A DNA stretch of 53,139 nucleotides from Macrostomum lignano. Its lineage: Eukaryota. This document shows, one piece after another, positions 11,027-23,144 of the stretch (its first letter is position 1; each line of letters begins with the position of its first letter). The notes beneath the pieces are model-generated. The model did no database searches, was not told the origin of the DNA, and was given only the letters and a program-made list of their open reading frames with translations. The position numbers were made by a program, and so were the translations under genes. The DNA lies in NCBI GenBank assembly GCA_002269645.1, contig NIVC01000279.1, positions 1 through 53,139 of the forward strand, read 5' to 3'.

Positions 11027-13230
11027 CTAATTATTACAGAAAGTTTGTCCCCAGGTTTTCTATCATAGCCACGCCTCTGTACGCCTTAGCCAAAAGTTCA
11101 GAGAAATTTGTCTGGCGCCAAGTTCACGAGAATGCGTTTCAGGAACTGAAGGCGAGCCTGTGTGAGCCGCCAGTGTTGACCTACCCAGACTTGAGTCCTA
11201 GCGCGGGTACCTTCATCCTAGACTGCGACAGTTCCCTAGACGGTGTAGGAGCAGTCCTTTCCCAGCTAGACAGGAACGGTAAAGAACAGGTGATTGCCTA
11301 CGCGTCGAAGAAGTTTAGTAGTGCGCAGCGCAATTATTGTGCGACTATGAGGAGCTTCTAGGGTTGGTCTTGATGCTAGAGCAATTTCGAACCTATCTCC
11401 TAGACCGTGAGTTCCTAGTTCGAACCGATGCCGTTGCTTTAAAGTGGTTGCACTCAAAGACTCACGCAACCGGCATGCTAGCTCAGTGGTTGGTCACCCT
11501 GGAACCGTATACGTTTAAGGTCGACCAGACGCCTCTAGAAAGGATAGCGGAGTACGATTTCCAAGTGAACCACAGAGCCGGTCTAGATCACGTCAACGCA
11601 GACATCCCCAGTCGAAATCCCAAGTTCAGAGCAGACCATTTCGATTGCCCAACCTGCAGCTTGATCCCAGATTTCAAAGCCAAGTTCCAGAAGGGTAAAA
11701 ATGTAGCGCCATCGGAGCCTAGTGAAGTCAAAGCCAACCGCATCAGCGTCGATAGTAGCACCCAGACCCTCGCCTCCCACGGGTAGTCAGACCCTGGAAG
11801 CTGAGTCCCAATTTACGGTCCAGCGCAGGACAAGCCGGTAGTAGATTTAGCTATTCAGACTGAGCGTTTCACTGAAGTTAATGAGTTAGCCCACGGCAGC
11901 GAGCACTTAGCCGCCCCAACTCCTGTTGCGGGCACGGACACAGCTGGAAGTGAACCAGAGACCCGGTCCCCAGCTGCGGCTCATGCTGTTCAAGTGGAGG
12001 ACCGGGTAGATCCGATGTAGCCGCCATAGACTCTGGGTCGAATAGTGAGAGTGAAGATGAGGAAGAAGCTGAGCAGAAAGAAAGAGAATGGATTCGCAGC
12101 GCGCAGGAATCGAATATTGACGTGGTGTACCTTAGAGACGCGGTAGCGGGCAGAGAGGAAAGGTTGTCCAAGCAGGAGCTTCAAGGCCATAGCCGGGAGC
12201 TGAGAGCCTTATGGGCCATGTTTGGTGAGCTGTCGTGGAAGAAAATGTACTAGTTAGAAATAGACCAGCTAAGAAAAGGAAGCCTGCCGCTAAACTGACT
12301 GTCATTCCGGAGAGTGCTAACATAGACGAATTAGTGACCTCTTACCACAGATTGATCAACCATTCTGGAGTCAAGAAGACATTAGGTATCTTAAAGAAGA
12401 ACTTCCAAATTTTCAACCTGGAAACAGTTGTCAAGAGTGTCGTTGCCAGTTGCGAGATTTGCGCCAGAACTAAGAAAAACAAACGCAAGAATAAAGCACC
12501 GATTGCTGCCAACTCTAGCGGGATATCCGAATCAGGTTGTCCATGTAGACCATTGTGGGCCATTTCCGGAACAGGATGGATTCAGATATCTGCTTGTTAT
12601 GGTAGACAGATTTTCTGGATTCTTAGAAATCATTCCTGTGAGAGACGTAACTGCTGAGACAACCGCAGCAGCGATCCTGACGGAGTGGATTGCTCGCTAC
12701 GGCACAATGGAGCAATTGGTCTCGGACAATGGGACAGCGTTTATCAATAGCATTGTAGCCGAGTTAACCCGCTTGTTAGAAATTGACACTGTTAGAATTA
12801 CTGCCCGTCGCCCTCAGGCCAATGGCAAGGTGGAGCGTACGATCCAAACCATCAAAAGTCAAGTCCGTGCAGTCACTGCTGAAAGGCATGTGACCTGGCC
12901 TTTTGCCGCGAGATGCGCAGGGATGAGCATTAGGTCATTAGAATCCGAGTCCACCGGCATGACACCTGCCAAGCTTTTCTTAGGCCGTGAATTCCAGATG
13001 CGCTAGATTTGATGTACAGCCCGCCTAGGCAAGAGCGCTATGACCCAACCAGTTATGCACACCTGCTCCACTGAACTCTAGTTGAAGCCTCTGCCACCGC
13101 CAGAGCTGTTAGGAAGAAGGCGCAGTCTAGACAGAAGAGGTACTACGATCGTCAGTGTTTAAATCTAGTTTGAGGTAGGAGAGCTCGTGTGGGTGTTAAA
13201 CCCCGACCACACCTGGTCACCTGGGAAGCT
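11027..13230 (+). CDS. pol: Host pol, 3' part: RNase H, acidic linker, integrase (frameshifted, C-terminally truncated)
   Basis: NYYRKFVPRFS, FILDCDSS, IAYASK, RELL, RTDAVAL, NADIPSR; IN YHRLINHSG...CEIC, HVDHCGP, SDNG, PQANGKVER, QKRYYDR. Confidence 0.92.
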
Positions 13231-15640
13231 ATGAAAAACAGTTGGAAATCATCAATCAATTATAATCCAATCAGTATGCGCCTATACAAAATCCTGCAAA
13301 GGAACACCAAGAGAGGAGTCGCAACTTAGTTAACAAATACGAAACTTTCACTGGTAAAAAAGCAAAGTACCACAAAATAAGCAGGAACAAGAGAAATTAG
13401 AGCAACTAATCCATTTAAAAGAGTCGGAGCTTGTTACTGAAGAGATTAGTTTTGCACAGAGGAAGTTTACGGAACATTACATAGAGTACACAATCCCAAT
13501 TAACGACACCAACCAAATCAAATATACCGCAAACAACTTCGACTATAAAGACATCATCCAATCAGTTGTTGATCACACACCAGTTGGTAATCAGGTTTGA
13601 CAAAGGAGGCTTGGCGATCTCTCAGATCCCAAAGCTAGAAGTGTTTAATAACAAAATTAGAATCACATTCTTTGAGTGGAGTGAAAAAAACTGAGAAAGT
13701 TTAACCGGTCAGATGTAGCAGACGTTTTAGATCCTGAGGGTAAAAGGCGGACTGAAGTGGATCTTCTAGTGATTGATAATTTACTAGAGAAGGCTCACTA
13801 TGTTTGGATTAAAGATCTTTCAAGACTCATTCACAAGCAGTTTAATAATCATCACGAGGCTGTTGCCATCTGCCGCTTGTGCCTTAAGCATTACAGTGGA
13901 CCTGAGCGCTTTGAAAAACTAGCAGAGCATGAATTATCCTGTGAAGATGACCCAACCAACTGCTCTCTTCCTTCAGCTGAAGAGAAGTATCTCCGGTTTA
14001 AGGACTATCGCAAGATGGAGAAGCTCCCATTGTTGTATATGCTGATTTCGAATGCTCTTATCATGCCTATAATTATTTCTTTGGAGAGCAGTGTGTGGAG
14101 CTGATTATTGCCAGAATGTTAGGTAGCAAAAAGTGATTAGCAGCCTTCAATCTGTTCCAATAATGATGACTGAGGAGGATGAAAGCAATTTCCTATCAGC
14201 AACTCATTGCCACATCTGCAGGAAACAGTTAACTTGCACTGATATTAAAAACCCCACCGTTAGGGACCACTGCCACTATACTGGGAAATTTAGAGGTGCA
14301 GCGCATAACACCTTTAATCTAAAGCTAAATCGAACATTCATGATCTAACGATATTTTGTCACAACGCAAAGAACTATGACATGCATTTAATAGTTGAAAA
14401 AATCGGCATGATTCCAGACATACACCTTGATTGCATCGACGAGAACAAAGAAGTTTAAGTGTGTTGATATTAAACAGGACAATTCGGGTAAAGGTGAACG
14501 TTCGAGTGAAGGTAAAATAAGACTGAAGGATTCATATCAATTTCTAGCTGCCAGTCTAGACGAACTAAGCAAGAATCTAAAAGATGAACAATGTACTTAC
14601 AAGATATTTGCAAGTAAAATTAACAACACTGATGAATCATTTAAAATTTTAAGAAAGAAAGGCTTCTACCCCTATGAAAATATTACTGGGTATCACGTAT
14701 TTGAAGAAGGTTTACCACCACAGGAGAAGTTCTTTTCAAAGCTAACAGACTCTGGAATCTCTGACAAAGACTATGAGCACGCGAAGCATGTCTATAATTA
14801 CTTTAATTGTCAAAACTTCTTCCAGTATCACCTGCTTTACCTCTTCACAGATGTTTCTGCTGGCTGATGTGTTTGAAACCTTCAGATACACCTGGTACAC
14901 AGCATATGGCCTTGATCCAGCACATTATGTGTCACTTCCTGCCACTAGCTGAGAATCTTTGCTTAAAATGAAATGGGATCCAGATCCAGATTGGTACATT
15001 GAACTTCTTACAGACATTGACATGTACAATTTTGTCGAATCGTCAAAGCGAGGGGGAATCTCAATTTGCACAGATATGCAAAATCAAACAATCCCTACAT
15101 TGAATCTTACAATAAGGAGCAGCCCTCAAACTAAATTACTTACTTGGACGCTAATAATCTCTACGGGTGGGCGATGAGTCAAGATCTTCCAGTTAGAGAT
15201 TTTCGATGGCTATCACAGAACTAAAGTGGACTTTTCATTGGCTGCCATTTATGAGGTTGATGTTTACATTCCGCCAGAGCTTCACGACTATTTCTCTGAC
15301 TTTCCACCCTTCCCAGAGAACATCAAGTGCCCGAAAATAATCGAAACTCCCAATGGAACTTGGCACCTGTCAGGAACAGAAAAAGAACATACAGAGAAAC
15401 TAACACAGAATCTAAACAGACACGTTACAAAATCCATTACAAACTGCTTCAGTATTTTATCTCACTGGGTTTCAGGGTCACCAAAGTTCACCGGGCTCTT
15501 ACATTTACAGAGGAAGCGTGGATGAAACCCTAGATTGATAAGAACACCCAGTTTAGGACCAAAGCAACTAACGACTTTGACAAGAACCTTTAAGTTGGCC
15601 AACAACTTTGTCTATGGCAAGACTCTTGAGAATAAGCGGA
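13231..15640 (+). pseudogene. Polinton/adintovirus protein-primed DNA polymerase B, N-terminal to motif B (decayed)
   Basis: VDLLVI...HYVWIKDLSRL, VRDHCHYTGKFRGAAH, HNAKNYDMHL, KGFYPYE, RGGIS, YLDANNLYGWAMS, FKLANNFVYGKT; many stops and frameshifts. Confidence 0.92.
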
Positions 15641-15667
15641 AAAAACAAACCTGAAACTGAAAACCTG

Positions 15668-15813
15668 AAAACCTGAAACTTTTTAAGACTTTCATCACTG
15701 AACTCTTGGAACAAATTTTTGGACAAATCCAGAAACGATATGCGCTGATTGTGCGTTCCGTCACAAAGCGACACAAGAGCAACCAGTAGGCAAATGCGAA
15801 TGAAGAGACTCAT
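15668..15813 (-). other. Possible captured exon: signal peptide plus LRR-like motif
   Basis: MSLFIRICLLVALVSLCDG followed by ISFLDLSKNLFQEF (LxxLxLxxNxF). Confidence 0.3.
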
Positions 15814-16982
15814 GATTTGACGAGTAAGATAGAAAGCTATGATGGCATGTTTAAGTTGGGCAACAATGAAGGCAGTTGCATATATATTGTGGAGTGGGAT
15901 ATGGGGAACTATCGTCCATGGATTTAAGAAGAAGCGTTTCTATTGGACCATCTATTCATCTCGGGCAAATCTAAGCTTAAAGCTCGTTGATACCATTATC
16001 CTCACCACAAAGAAATGGGAGATCAGGGACGGGGTTTGAGGCGACGAACAGGGACTAAGAACGACAGGGAGCAAGGGAAACGAATTTTTAGCGCGCACAT
16101 AAAAGTTTAAGGAGGAGCTCTAAGAAAGTAAAAAACTAAGTTTTGTTTAAATAAAATTTCTCTTTTCAGTACATGGTACTTGCGATTTATCTCATTGCGC
16201 TGGGCTAAGCAGTTTAACAAGCTGGAGGCTCTTTGATACCATTGTTTTCATATTTAGTTATTACTCGTAGAAGAACAAGAATGTACATGGCAGCTTATTA
16301 TACTGCTTTCTATGCAGAAATTTTGTTATTTAATGCTAAATAAAAGTTTATTTTTCTAAATTATTTTCTTGCTACAAAGCCGTTTATACCAAATACACGT
16401 TGTTTTGCATTGTTTTTTATAATAAACATGAAATAATTTTTAGAAAAAAAGCAATCTAAACAGAAAAAATAGCAAATCAACTCGTATTGGTGGATTTGAT
16501 GCTAAAAGCTATCGCATCATGGCAACCTGTTCGCATTACCCGACGATTAGTTTTTGATGGAGGTTTTTACTATTAGCGGGCTGCTTTTCTCTAGCTTGGT
16601 ACTCGTTGTTAGGTCTTAACATCGCGAATAGAATAAGAACATTTTAACTAGATTCGATCTCTGCAGTTTTCTTAATTATTCCTTTTAAGCTAAGCATTGC
16701 CATTGGCCTTAAACTTGATCAATTAGAAGCTGGAAGCAGACAAATCTGTATCTGCATTACCTGGCAGCCGGCAGTCGCAACATGCAGGATCCAACATGTT
16801 CTAGGCGAAGAGCAAGTGAAGGAGCAGGTGAGTTTTGGCACTCTGCTAATGTAATAAATCAATTATTTTCTTACCAATATTTGAAATGGAAAAATTTTAA
16901 ACCTTCAACTCGAATGTGTAACTAATTCAGTTTTAATTAATACGGAATAACAGCCGCCCATCCCTGAGTCCGTACACCAACC

Positions 16983-17066
16983 TTGACTCTGCAAACCCCC
17001 TCCTCGACTCTGCACACCTCCTCGACTCCGCACACCCCTCCTTGACTCTGCACACCCCACCTCGAC
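16983..17066. repeat. Tandem 17-20 bp repeat (CCTCGACTCTGCACACC-like), about 5 copies
   Basis: Read directly. Confidence 0.75.
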
Positions 17067-17994
17067 TCGGTTTGGTATGTTACTTGCTTTTACAGTTACA
17101 AAGTCTTAATTTGAACTGAGTAAACTATTTTTTGTTTATAGGCCAGCAAAAAACATGGCTGCAAAATTCAAGCAGCTTAGCGAATCTGAAAAGCAACGTT
17201 TAGCTGGAAAGGCAGCTAAATCACCCTGCAAGCTGTCCACAATTGAAAAATGGTAAAAAATTATATTATTCGTATTAATTTACAGGAAATTTTAATACCT
17301 ATTTGTTCTAACCGGATTAACTAACGACTGGTATGTCACGTTCATTTCATGATAGCTTCGCCGAGATTCGTCAGCGAAGTTTTTTCTAGTGGTAGCCGAC
17401 GTGACAAGCCGCCGTATTTTGCCTACTTTCCGAAGATTCTGAGCTTCTGCCACTTGCTTACAAAAGCATAATGCAGATGAATAACACTATATCCGAGAAG
17501 TTTTAATACAAAGAAAAATAAAATATTCAAGTGGTTGCACTCCGTCACCAGTATACGCTCGTACGGGGCTCATTGATTGTGGCGTGGTACATAAATTATT
17601 AAATGGCAAAAAGCATGTAAAAATCGAACAACTAGTAGACTTTTAAATATGTACGCTCGTTCACATATTGGATATAAAATTAACCGAGGAAAGGAAAAAC
17701 GTATACTTTAAGAATAGAAGCACTTACATGTACGCTTGTACATGGCTTGAACTATTGCACGAAACTAGTGCTAAATTATTGAGAACATTAGAGAAAATTA
17801 GAGAAAAAGTACAGAGCAATTGACGGCACTTATTCACACCTTCCTCCAGCAAGCAACGTGAAAACAACAAGGTTAGCTGCTATACGAACGTTTTATTTGT
17901 TCTTTTATATAACGTGATTTCGTGTGGGAATTATAAAGCGTTATACTTTAAGCTGTGAATCGTTAGGGTTTAGGAAGCTGCTCTGTGTCACCTG

Positions 17995-18640
17995 GGGCCG
18001 ATTTCATAAAAAAGCTAGCCGTAAGCCGTAAGCTGCTGCTCGTTAAGCTGCAACTTTCAGCAGTTGTTCAAAAAGCGTTTTATAAACGATTGCTAAAAAG
18101 CCGTGGTTTGTAAGCCACAGCTTATTTCTAACGGCTTGCCTTAAAGTCGTGGATTTGGCCATAGACAAATGTTTCACTGTTAAGATTCTTGTGCTGCTAA
18201 CAAAGATGATTGAGGTCGCATAGCACGGAGTGCCAAAATTAGCGAAAAAGCAAAGCCGGTTGGATTAATGCGAGTAGAATGGTTTCGACAGAGAGCAAGA
18301 AAATCTTTTTGACGGAGATGCTACGTTGAAGAGACGTGCTGATGGGGAAGTTCAATGATCTAGCGACGAAAAAAGAAAAAAAGTTGCCTGCGTGGACGGA
18401 AATAAAGTCCATCCTGGACGCTCAAGGCGTGAACAAGTCAATAATGCAGTTGCGCGACACACTATGGAAAAATCTACGACTGGCGGCACTCAAGAAAGTC
18501 GATGAATCGAGAAGGACTTGTAACGGGGAGGCCACGAAAAACAGCTAAGTGAAATTGACAACTTAATGCTGGATGTTATTGGTCGCGGAAGCGTGGGCGT
18601 GAACGGCCTGGCCGAACATTCGGAGATCTTTCGTGATTGC
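17995..18640 (+). mobile_element. PIF/Harbinger-like fragment: left terminus GGGCCGATTTCATAAAA plus Myb/SANT-like gene relic
   Basis: The terminus resembles Harbinger TIRs. From 18279: MVSTESKKIFLTEMLR*RDVLMGKFN...AWTEIKSIL...SIMQLRDTLWKNLR...LSEIDNLMLDVIGR, a trihelix Myb/SANT pattern. No right TIR was found. Confidence 0.65.
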
Positions 18641-18646
18641 AGTGAG

Positions 18647-18793
18647 AACGTTGGCGACTCGCTGAGTCAACGAAGCCCGGAGTCGGCCACGCCGATGAGC
18701 CGCGACGTTGGCGGCTCACCGAGTCAACGAAGCCCGGAGTCGGCCACGTCGATGAGCCATGACAACGTTGGCGGCTCGCCGAGTCAACGAAGC
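18647..18793. repeat. 57-60 bp tandem repeat, about 2.5 copies
   Basis: GTTGGCGGCTCACCGAGTCAACGAAGCCCGGAGTCGGCCACG recurs. Confidence 0.85.
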
Positions 18794-19104
18794 AGTTCGA
18801 CATCCATGATGGTACTCCTCGGAGAGACCTCTTCTACAAATGCGAGGCCTGGAAGGAAGCTATTGAAGCGTAAAGCTGTCTGCACCGGCGACAGCTTTAC
18901 GCTTCAATGGTAAATGCTATTAGTCTGATCGGCGTTGCGTTGATGACGCAGTAAGTTTGCACATTCACGCAGTACTAGCTCAAAAATGAATTTGCCAAAC
19001 TAATAGCATTTTAATTATGTATAAAATTTTATGTAAACACATTTTTAATGCAAAAATGAGTGAGATATTTTTCTCATTAAGACATCGTATATATTTCAAT
19101 TTAG

Positions 19105-19598
19105 GTGCGGTTCTTTAAGCGACTGCCTGGAAACAAGATTTCAACATCCATTTCTGCTATAATGTTTCGCATAATGGATGATCCGCTGGCCTGCATGTTT
19201 AGTTTCAAAGGTGTTGTGCGCTCTGGTGTATCTAAAAATAACTTTGAGGAACTTGGGCTAATGAATTTTATTAGCAGTAAGTTTATGAGCTAAACATTTT
19301 CAACAAAAAAATTTGTCGGACTCGGAGTGACACCACTTGTCAAGAGAATTACAGTTGTTTTTTTATTTTTGCAGACGTTGTGTGGAGCTGCAAAAAGTTA
19401 AAAGATGCCACTAAGTCGGAGATAGAAACCGCCGTTGCAGACCATTTGCGACATGCACCGACAAGAGTCAAGCGGAAGGAAAAACGCACCCAGTCTAGAC
19501 GCAGCAACCGAACAGGGCAGGATAATCAGCTTGACCCATCTGCAGCCAGTAGCCCTAATGACGAGGACGGCAGCTGGACTGATCATAGGGCTACTTAA
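19105..19598 (+). CDS. DUF4806-like domain, two terminal exons of a transposon-associated gene
   Basis: Exons 19105-19276 and 19375-19598 with GT-AG splice join in frame: IMDDPLACMFSFKG...NNFEELGLMNFISNVVWSCKKLKDATKSEIETAVADHLRHAPTR. Confidence 0.7.
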
Positions 19599-20099
19599 AA
19601 TGACCGTTACGAGGCCGACTTTGAAGCTGATGATTCCAGTTGATTTAATTCCGATTAGCAACTTCCAATCAATTAGTATGCAAATGTACATGTACACCAT
19701 GTATACCATTTCATATTTCTATTATATATTTCTTCTTTTTTCGTAAAAAATAAGTCTAAAATATACACCGTATTAATTAAATATGTACGTATTTTTCCCT
19801 TAAAGGATGCAATGATGTGTACGACAATTGAACTTGCTGAACAGAGTTTGGGATCAATCGTTGCGTTATATATTTCTTGTATTTTGCCTACCATAATTAG
19901 TGCAGAGTGCAGACTTTTTAATGGTTTTCAGGTAAGGCCCGGTTCCAAATCCTCTCTTTGTCTCGATCTGTAATAAGCTTGATCAATTTTGGATACATTT
20001 ATACATGTAGAATGTTCTAAATTACTTTAAGTAGTAAGTACGGAATGCTAGCGTAGAAATTGACAAAATATTTTACGATCGGTAGGAGCAATTTATACA

Positions 20100-20276
20100 A
20101 ATAAAAAAATTGGTAATGGTTGCTAGAACGTTGCTACAATGTTACACGTCAATGTTGACATAGCAACATTGACGGCAACATTCCTGCGCGCGACATTTGC
20201 AACCATTAAGCAACATTGCTCGAATGTTTTCCGTCAATATTCCTGCAACATTCCTGCAACGTAACTGGCACCAGGG
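20100..20276 (-). mobile_element. CMC/EnSpm-like terminus with subterminal CAACATT/GCAACG repeats
   Basis: Ends ...CCTGCAACGTAACTGGCACCAGGG (reverse complement starts CCC). It is adjacent to the DUF4806 exons; the partner terminus was not found. Confidence 0.4.
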
Positions 20277-20279
20277 GAC

Positions 20280-20875
20280 AGGGCACTCGCATCACAGAAG
20301 AAGCGTGAATGAAGCCATACATAGAAAAAACACCCAGTTAAGAACTAAAGCAACAAACGCCTTTGACAAGGACCTGTTCAAGCTTGCAATCAATTCTGTC
20401 TACGGCAAGACCCTAGAAAACGAACGCAACCGCACGAACCTGAAACTTGTGACGTCACAAGAGAGTTACATCATAGAGAGGAATCTTTCAAAGCCCACTT
20501 TAAAAGATTTTCATATCTTGGGTGCTATTCTGTTTTACAAGACAAAAGTTACCCTATGCAAGCCGATATTCACAGGTGTGACTGAACTCGATGAGTCGAA
20601 GCGCCTCATGTACAGGTTATTCTATGACCTAAAGCGTCAATATGGTGGGAACGTAAGACTTCTTTACACTGACACTGACTCCCTGATTCTAAATATACAG
20701 ACTGAGGATGTCTATCAGGACATGCTAAGCCAGAAAGTTTTATTTGACCTATCCGAATATCCAGAGTCCTTTAAGACTTCGAAAGGCGATCAAGTACGCG
20801 ACACATAAAATAAAAAAGTAGTAGGAACAATGAATGACGAGACAGCAGGTCGCATTATGACAGAGTACAAATAAA
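20280..20875 (+). pseudogene. Polinton pPolB, C-terminal part (motif B to YTDTDS)
   Basis: FKLAINSVYGKT, LCKPIFTG...LDESKRLMY, LLYTDTDSL, G..DE..G. Confidence 0.92.
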
Positions 20876-20891
20876 ATAATATGTACCAAAA

Positions 20892-21225
20892 ATGACAACA
20901 AATATTTATTTAGAAGAGCTAGCTCAACAATTAGTAATCCCAAACTTCCTGAATGAAGTCTCTATGAAAGACACTGTCAGAATCCCCACTAGAAAAAGAA
21001 TGTGGAATCATGAACTGTGACCCTGCAGAAAAACCAGGTCCTCATTGGGTTTGTTGGGTAATTGATCCGAATCGTAAACACAAGTGCTATTACTTTGATA
21101 GCTATGGAACAGCTGTACCTGAAGAACTGAGAAATTATATGTGCGCTGGACACAAAATATACCGCTCAGATTTTATGCTCCAAGGGCTTAACAGTGATGT
21201 TTGTGGGAGCTGTGTATGACCGTTT
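20892..21225 (+). pseudogene. Polinton adenain-type cysteine protease
   Basis: MTTNIYLEELA...GPHWV...YFDSYG...LQGLNSDVCG-C. Confidence 0.88.
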
Positions 21226-21249
21226 TGTACGCAATGACCCACACCCAAA

Positions 21250-21511
21250 AAAGTTACAAAGAAATCATTTCAAGTCTGAAAAATTGCATATCCTATCTGC
21301 TAACCCCATCCCCATCTGCTTATCCTCATCCCTATTCCCACGAATTATGATCAATTTGCTGCTCAAGATCTTCTCGCATCTTGTGAATCTCCACCAATCT
21401 GAATTGCAGCGAGTTGCATGTGAATGTTGGGTAAATGTTGGCTGAATGTTGTTGGCTTGGAGGAGCACTAGGTTGATCTTGATCATAAAGAGAGTTTCCT
21501 TTTTCTGCCAT
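21250..21511 (-). pseudogene. Polinton-type small ORF relic
   Basis: MAEKGNSLYDQDQPSAPP...IYP...FRLVEIHKMREDLEQQI; the PSAP/YP/FRL pattern recurs in Polinton accessory ORFs (from memory). Confidence 0.4.
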
Positions 21512-21626
21512 TTTTTAACGAAAAAATATAAAAATTTAATGAACGGTTGCGCAAATCTGTTGCACGCCTTATAGACTTTTTTGATGACGGAACTGATGGT
21601 CCATCAGTACTCTTGCTTCTCCAATG

Positions 21627-22077
21627 TCAATGTCCCTGCAGATTGTGCAGTCTCTCTAATCGGCTGAGTCTTTTCTTTTGTTTCCCCCAGTCATTGTATA
21701 TCCTATACAAATAGTCAGTGTGTGTTGTTATGTTTTGCCCCACGGGTCTTAGTCTCTGAAGAGTTGTTATATCTGACTCTGCTGCTGTGAGTCGCGAACT
21801 TAGCCTCTCATGCAAAGTAGTTGATCTTAGCATAACGTCTTCCAAATTTGCAGTTTTCTGTGTGTTTGCAATAATGGTGTTAGTTAGAGTTCTGATTGCA
21901 GATACGAAAGTTTCTAGATGTTTTTCCATCTCTTCTTTTTGTCGAACTATTTTCATCCTTATGTCTTCACTATTGACTTGCGCCTGGTGCATTGATCGCT
22001 CTAGGGCTTTCAAGCGATTTTACAGTCTTCAGCTCAGAATGCCCAGCTGAAGACTCGCCTGCAAAATTAATAGACAT
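21627..22077 (-). CDS. Coiled-coil ORF within the Polinton cluster, function unknown
   Basis: 128-aa open frame with heptads (LHERLSSRLTAAESDITTL); probable ATG at 22077 (MSINFAG) reached through one frameshift. Confidence 0.5.
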
Positions 22078-22092
22078 CTTTGATAGCAAATT

Positions 22093-22895
22093 TTAAATAA
22101 CAGTTCTATTTTCTTTGCTGATCATCACAAACTGGTAAGGTTGATTCCACTCGTCATAGCAAAGATTAACGAATTCCTCCTGTGAAATATTTCAGTTTAA
22201 GCTTTTTGTTGGATTTATGAAATAGGCAGGCGCAATGACCTCATTGTATAGGCTTTTTAGCCTGTCCTGTGGGGTGGTTCGAAACAGGAGAATCAGATTG
22301 CAGTTCTCACGAATTGTTTTGTTCGGGAGCTCGAACCAGTTCTGTGCAATGTAAATTATATTACAATTGTTATGTCGTCCTCTTGAAAATAGATTTTTTT
22401 ATCTGCTTCTGTGGGCTTGTCATACAATCATCAAAGACGATCAAATGCTTTCTCCCCTTTTCTAGCTTATTTGGTTGGGGTAGAAGTTTGGTCTTTTGAT
22501 CAACCTGCGGATCTCCATAGGTGAAAACTTTAATGTTGTGCCATTTTTCATTGTCTTTGAGGTGCTTTGCATATTCGGCACCATAATTTCTGGTTAATGG
22601 GAAGGTTTTGTTGGTTATTAAAACATGCAATAATGTCCTCTTTGTTCAGCTTGTTTTGAAGCCCTGCAATCAGCATTTTATACTCATCTTGATACAGTGT
22701 GGGAGAGTAGATGTGCAGAGTGTCATAGTCGATAAAGCCAGGTCTAACAAGCATGTTAAAGACTGAATGTTTTACCTGAACCTGATGAACCAACAACAAT
22801 GCATCTGAAGTGACTCGGGATTGACTCGTGATGAGAAAACTTAATCTGATTGCGCGTCCAGTGAGGATTGGAGTCGTTTGAAAAGTCCGTTTTTT
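22093..22895 (-). pseudogene. Polinton FtsK/A32-like packaging ATPase
   Basis: FRCIVVGSSGSGKT (Walker A), HLIVFDDCM (Walker B), SRGRHNNCNIIYIAQNW, IRENCN. Confidence 0.92.
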
Positions 22896-22927
22896 TCTAT
22901 GATGAAAAAAATTAAATATTAATCATT

Positions 22928-23074
22928 TAGATGTGTCATCTTCGGACTTAGATGTGTCATTTTGGGACTTTAATGTGGCATTTTGGGACTTTGATGTCTA
23001 ATTTTGGGACTCGAATGTGTCATTTTTTGACTTAAATGTGTCACTTTGGGACTTGGATGTGTCATTTTGGGACT
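22928..23074. repeat. About 21-bp tandem repeat (GATGTGTCATTTTGGGACTT-like), about 7 copies, upstream of the ATPase
   Basis: Read directly. Confidence 0.85.
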
Positions 23075-23144
23075 AGTCTTGTACGCTTACATGTCTTGTA
23101 CCCTCGGAAAGTACCATTTAGTCAAATTTAAAACCACTTCCTAT

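Larger units (their letters stand above)
2524..13230 (+). mobile_element. Ty3/Gypsy LTR retrotransposon (host element): gag, cold-shock domain, PR, RT, RH, IN; interrupted by a nested element; 3' LTR missing
   Basis: Domain order PR-RT-RH-IN is Gypsy-type. The 5' boundary (TGTCAC at 2524) is tentative. The integrase tail breaks off at about 13230 into Polinton polB sequence. Confidence 0.9.

Noticed and set aside
15839-16039. ORF MMACLSW... and alternative frames
   Set aside because: No recognisable motif in any frame.
16037-16056. tRNA-Lys3 PBS-like GGCGACGAACAGGGACT
   Set aside because: No upstream LTR end and no downstream gag; a partial match only.
22215-22227. TTTATGAAATAGGC as the right TIR of the Harbinger element
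   Set aside because: It lies inside the Polinton ATPase coding sequence, is an imperfect match, and has no TSD.
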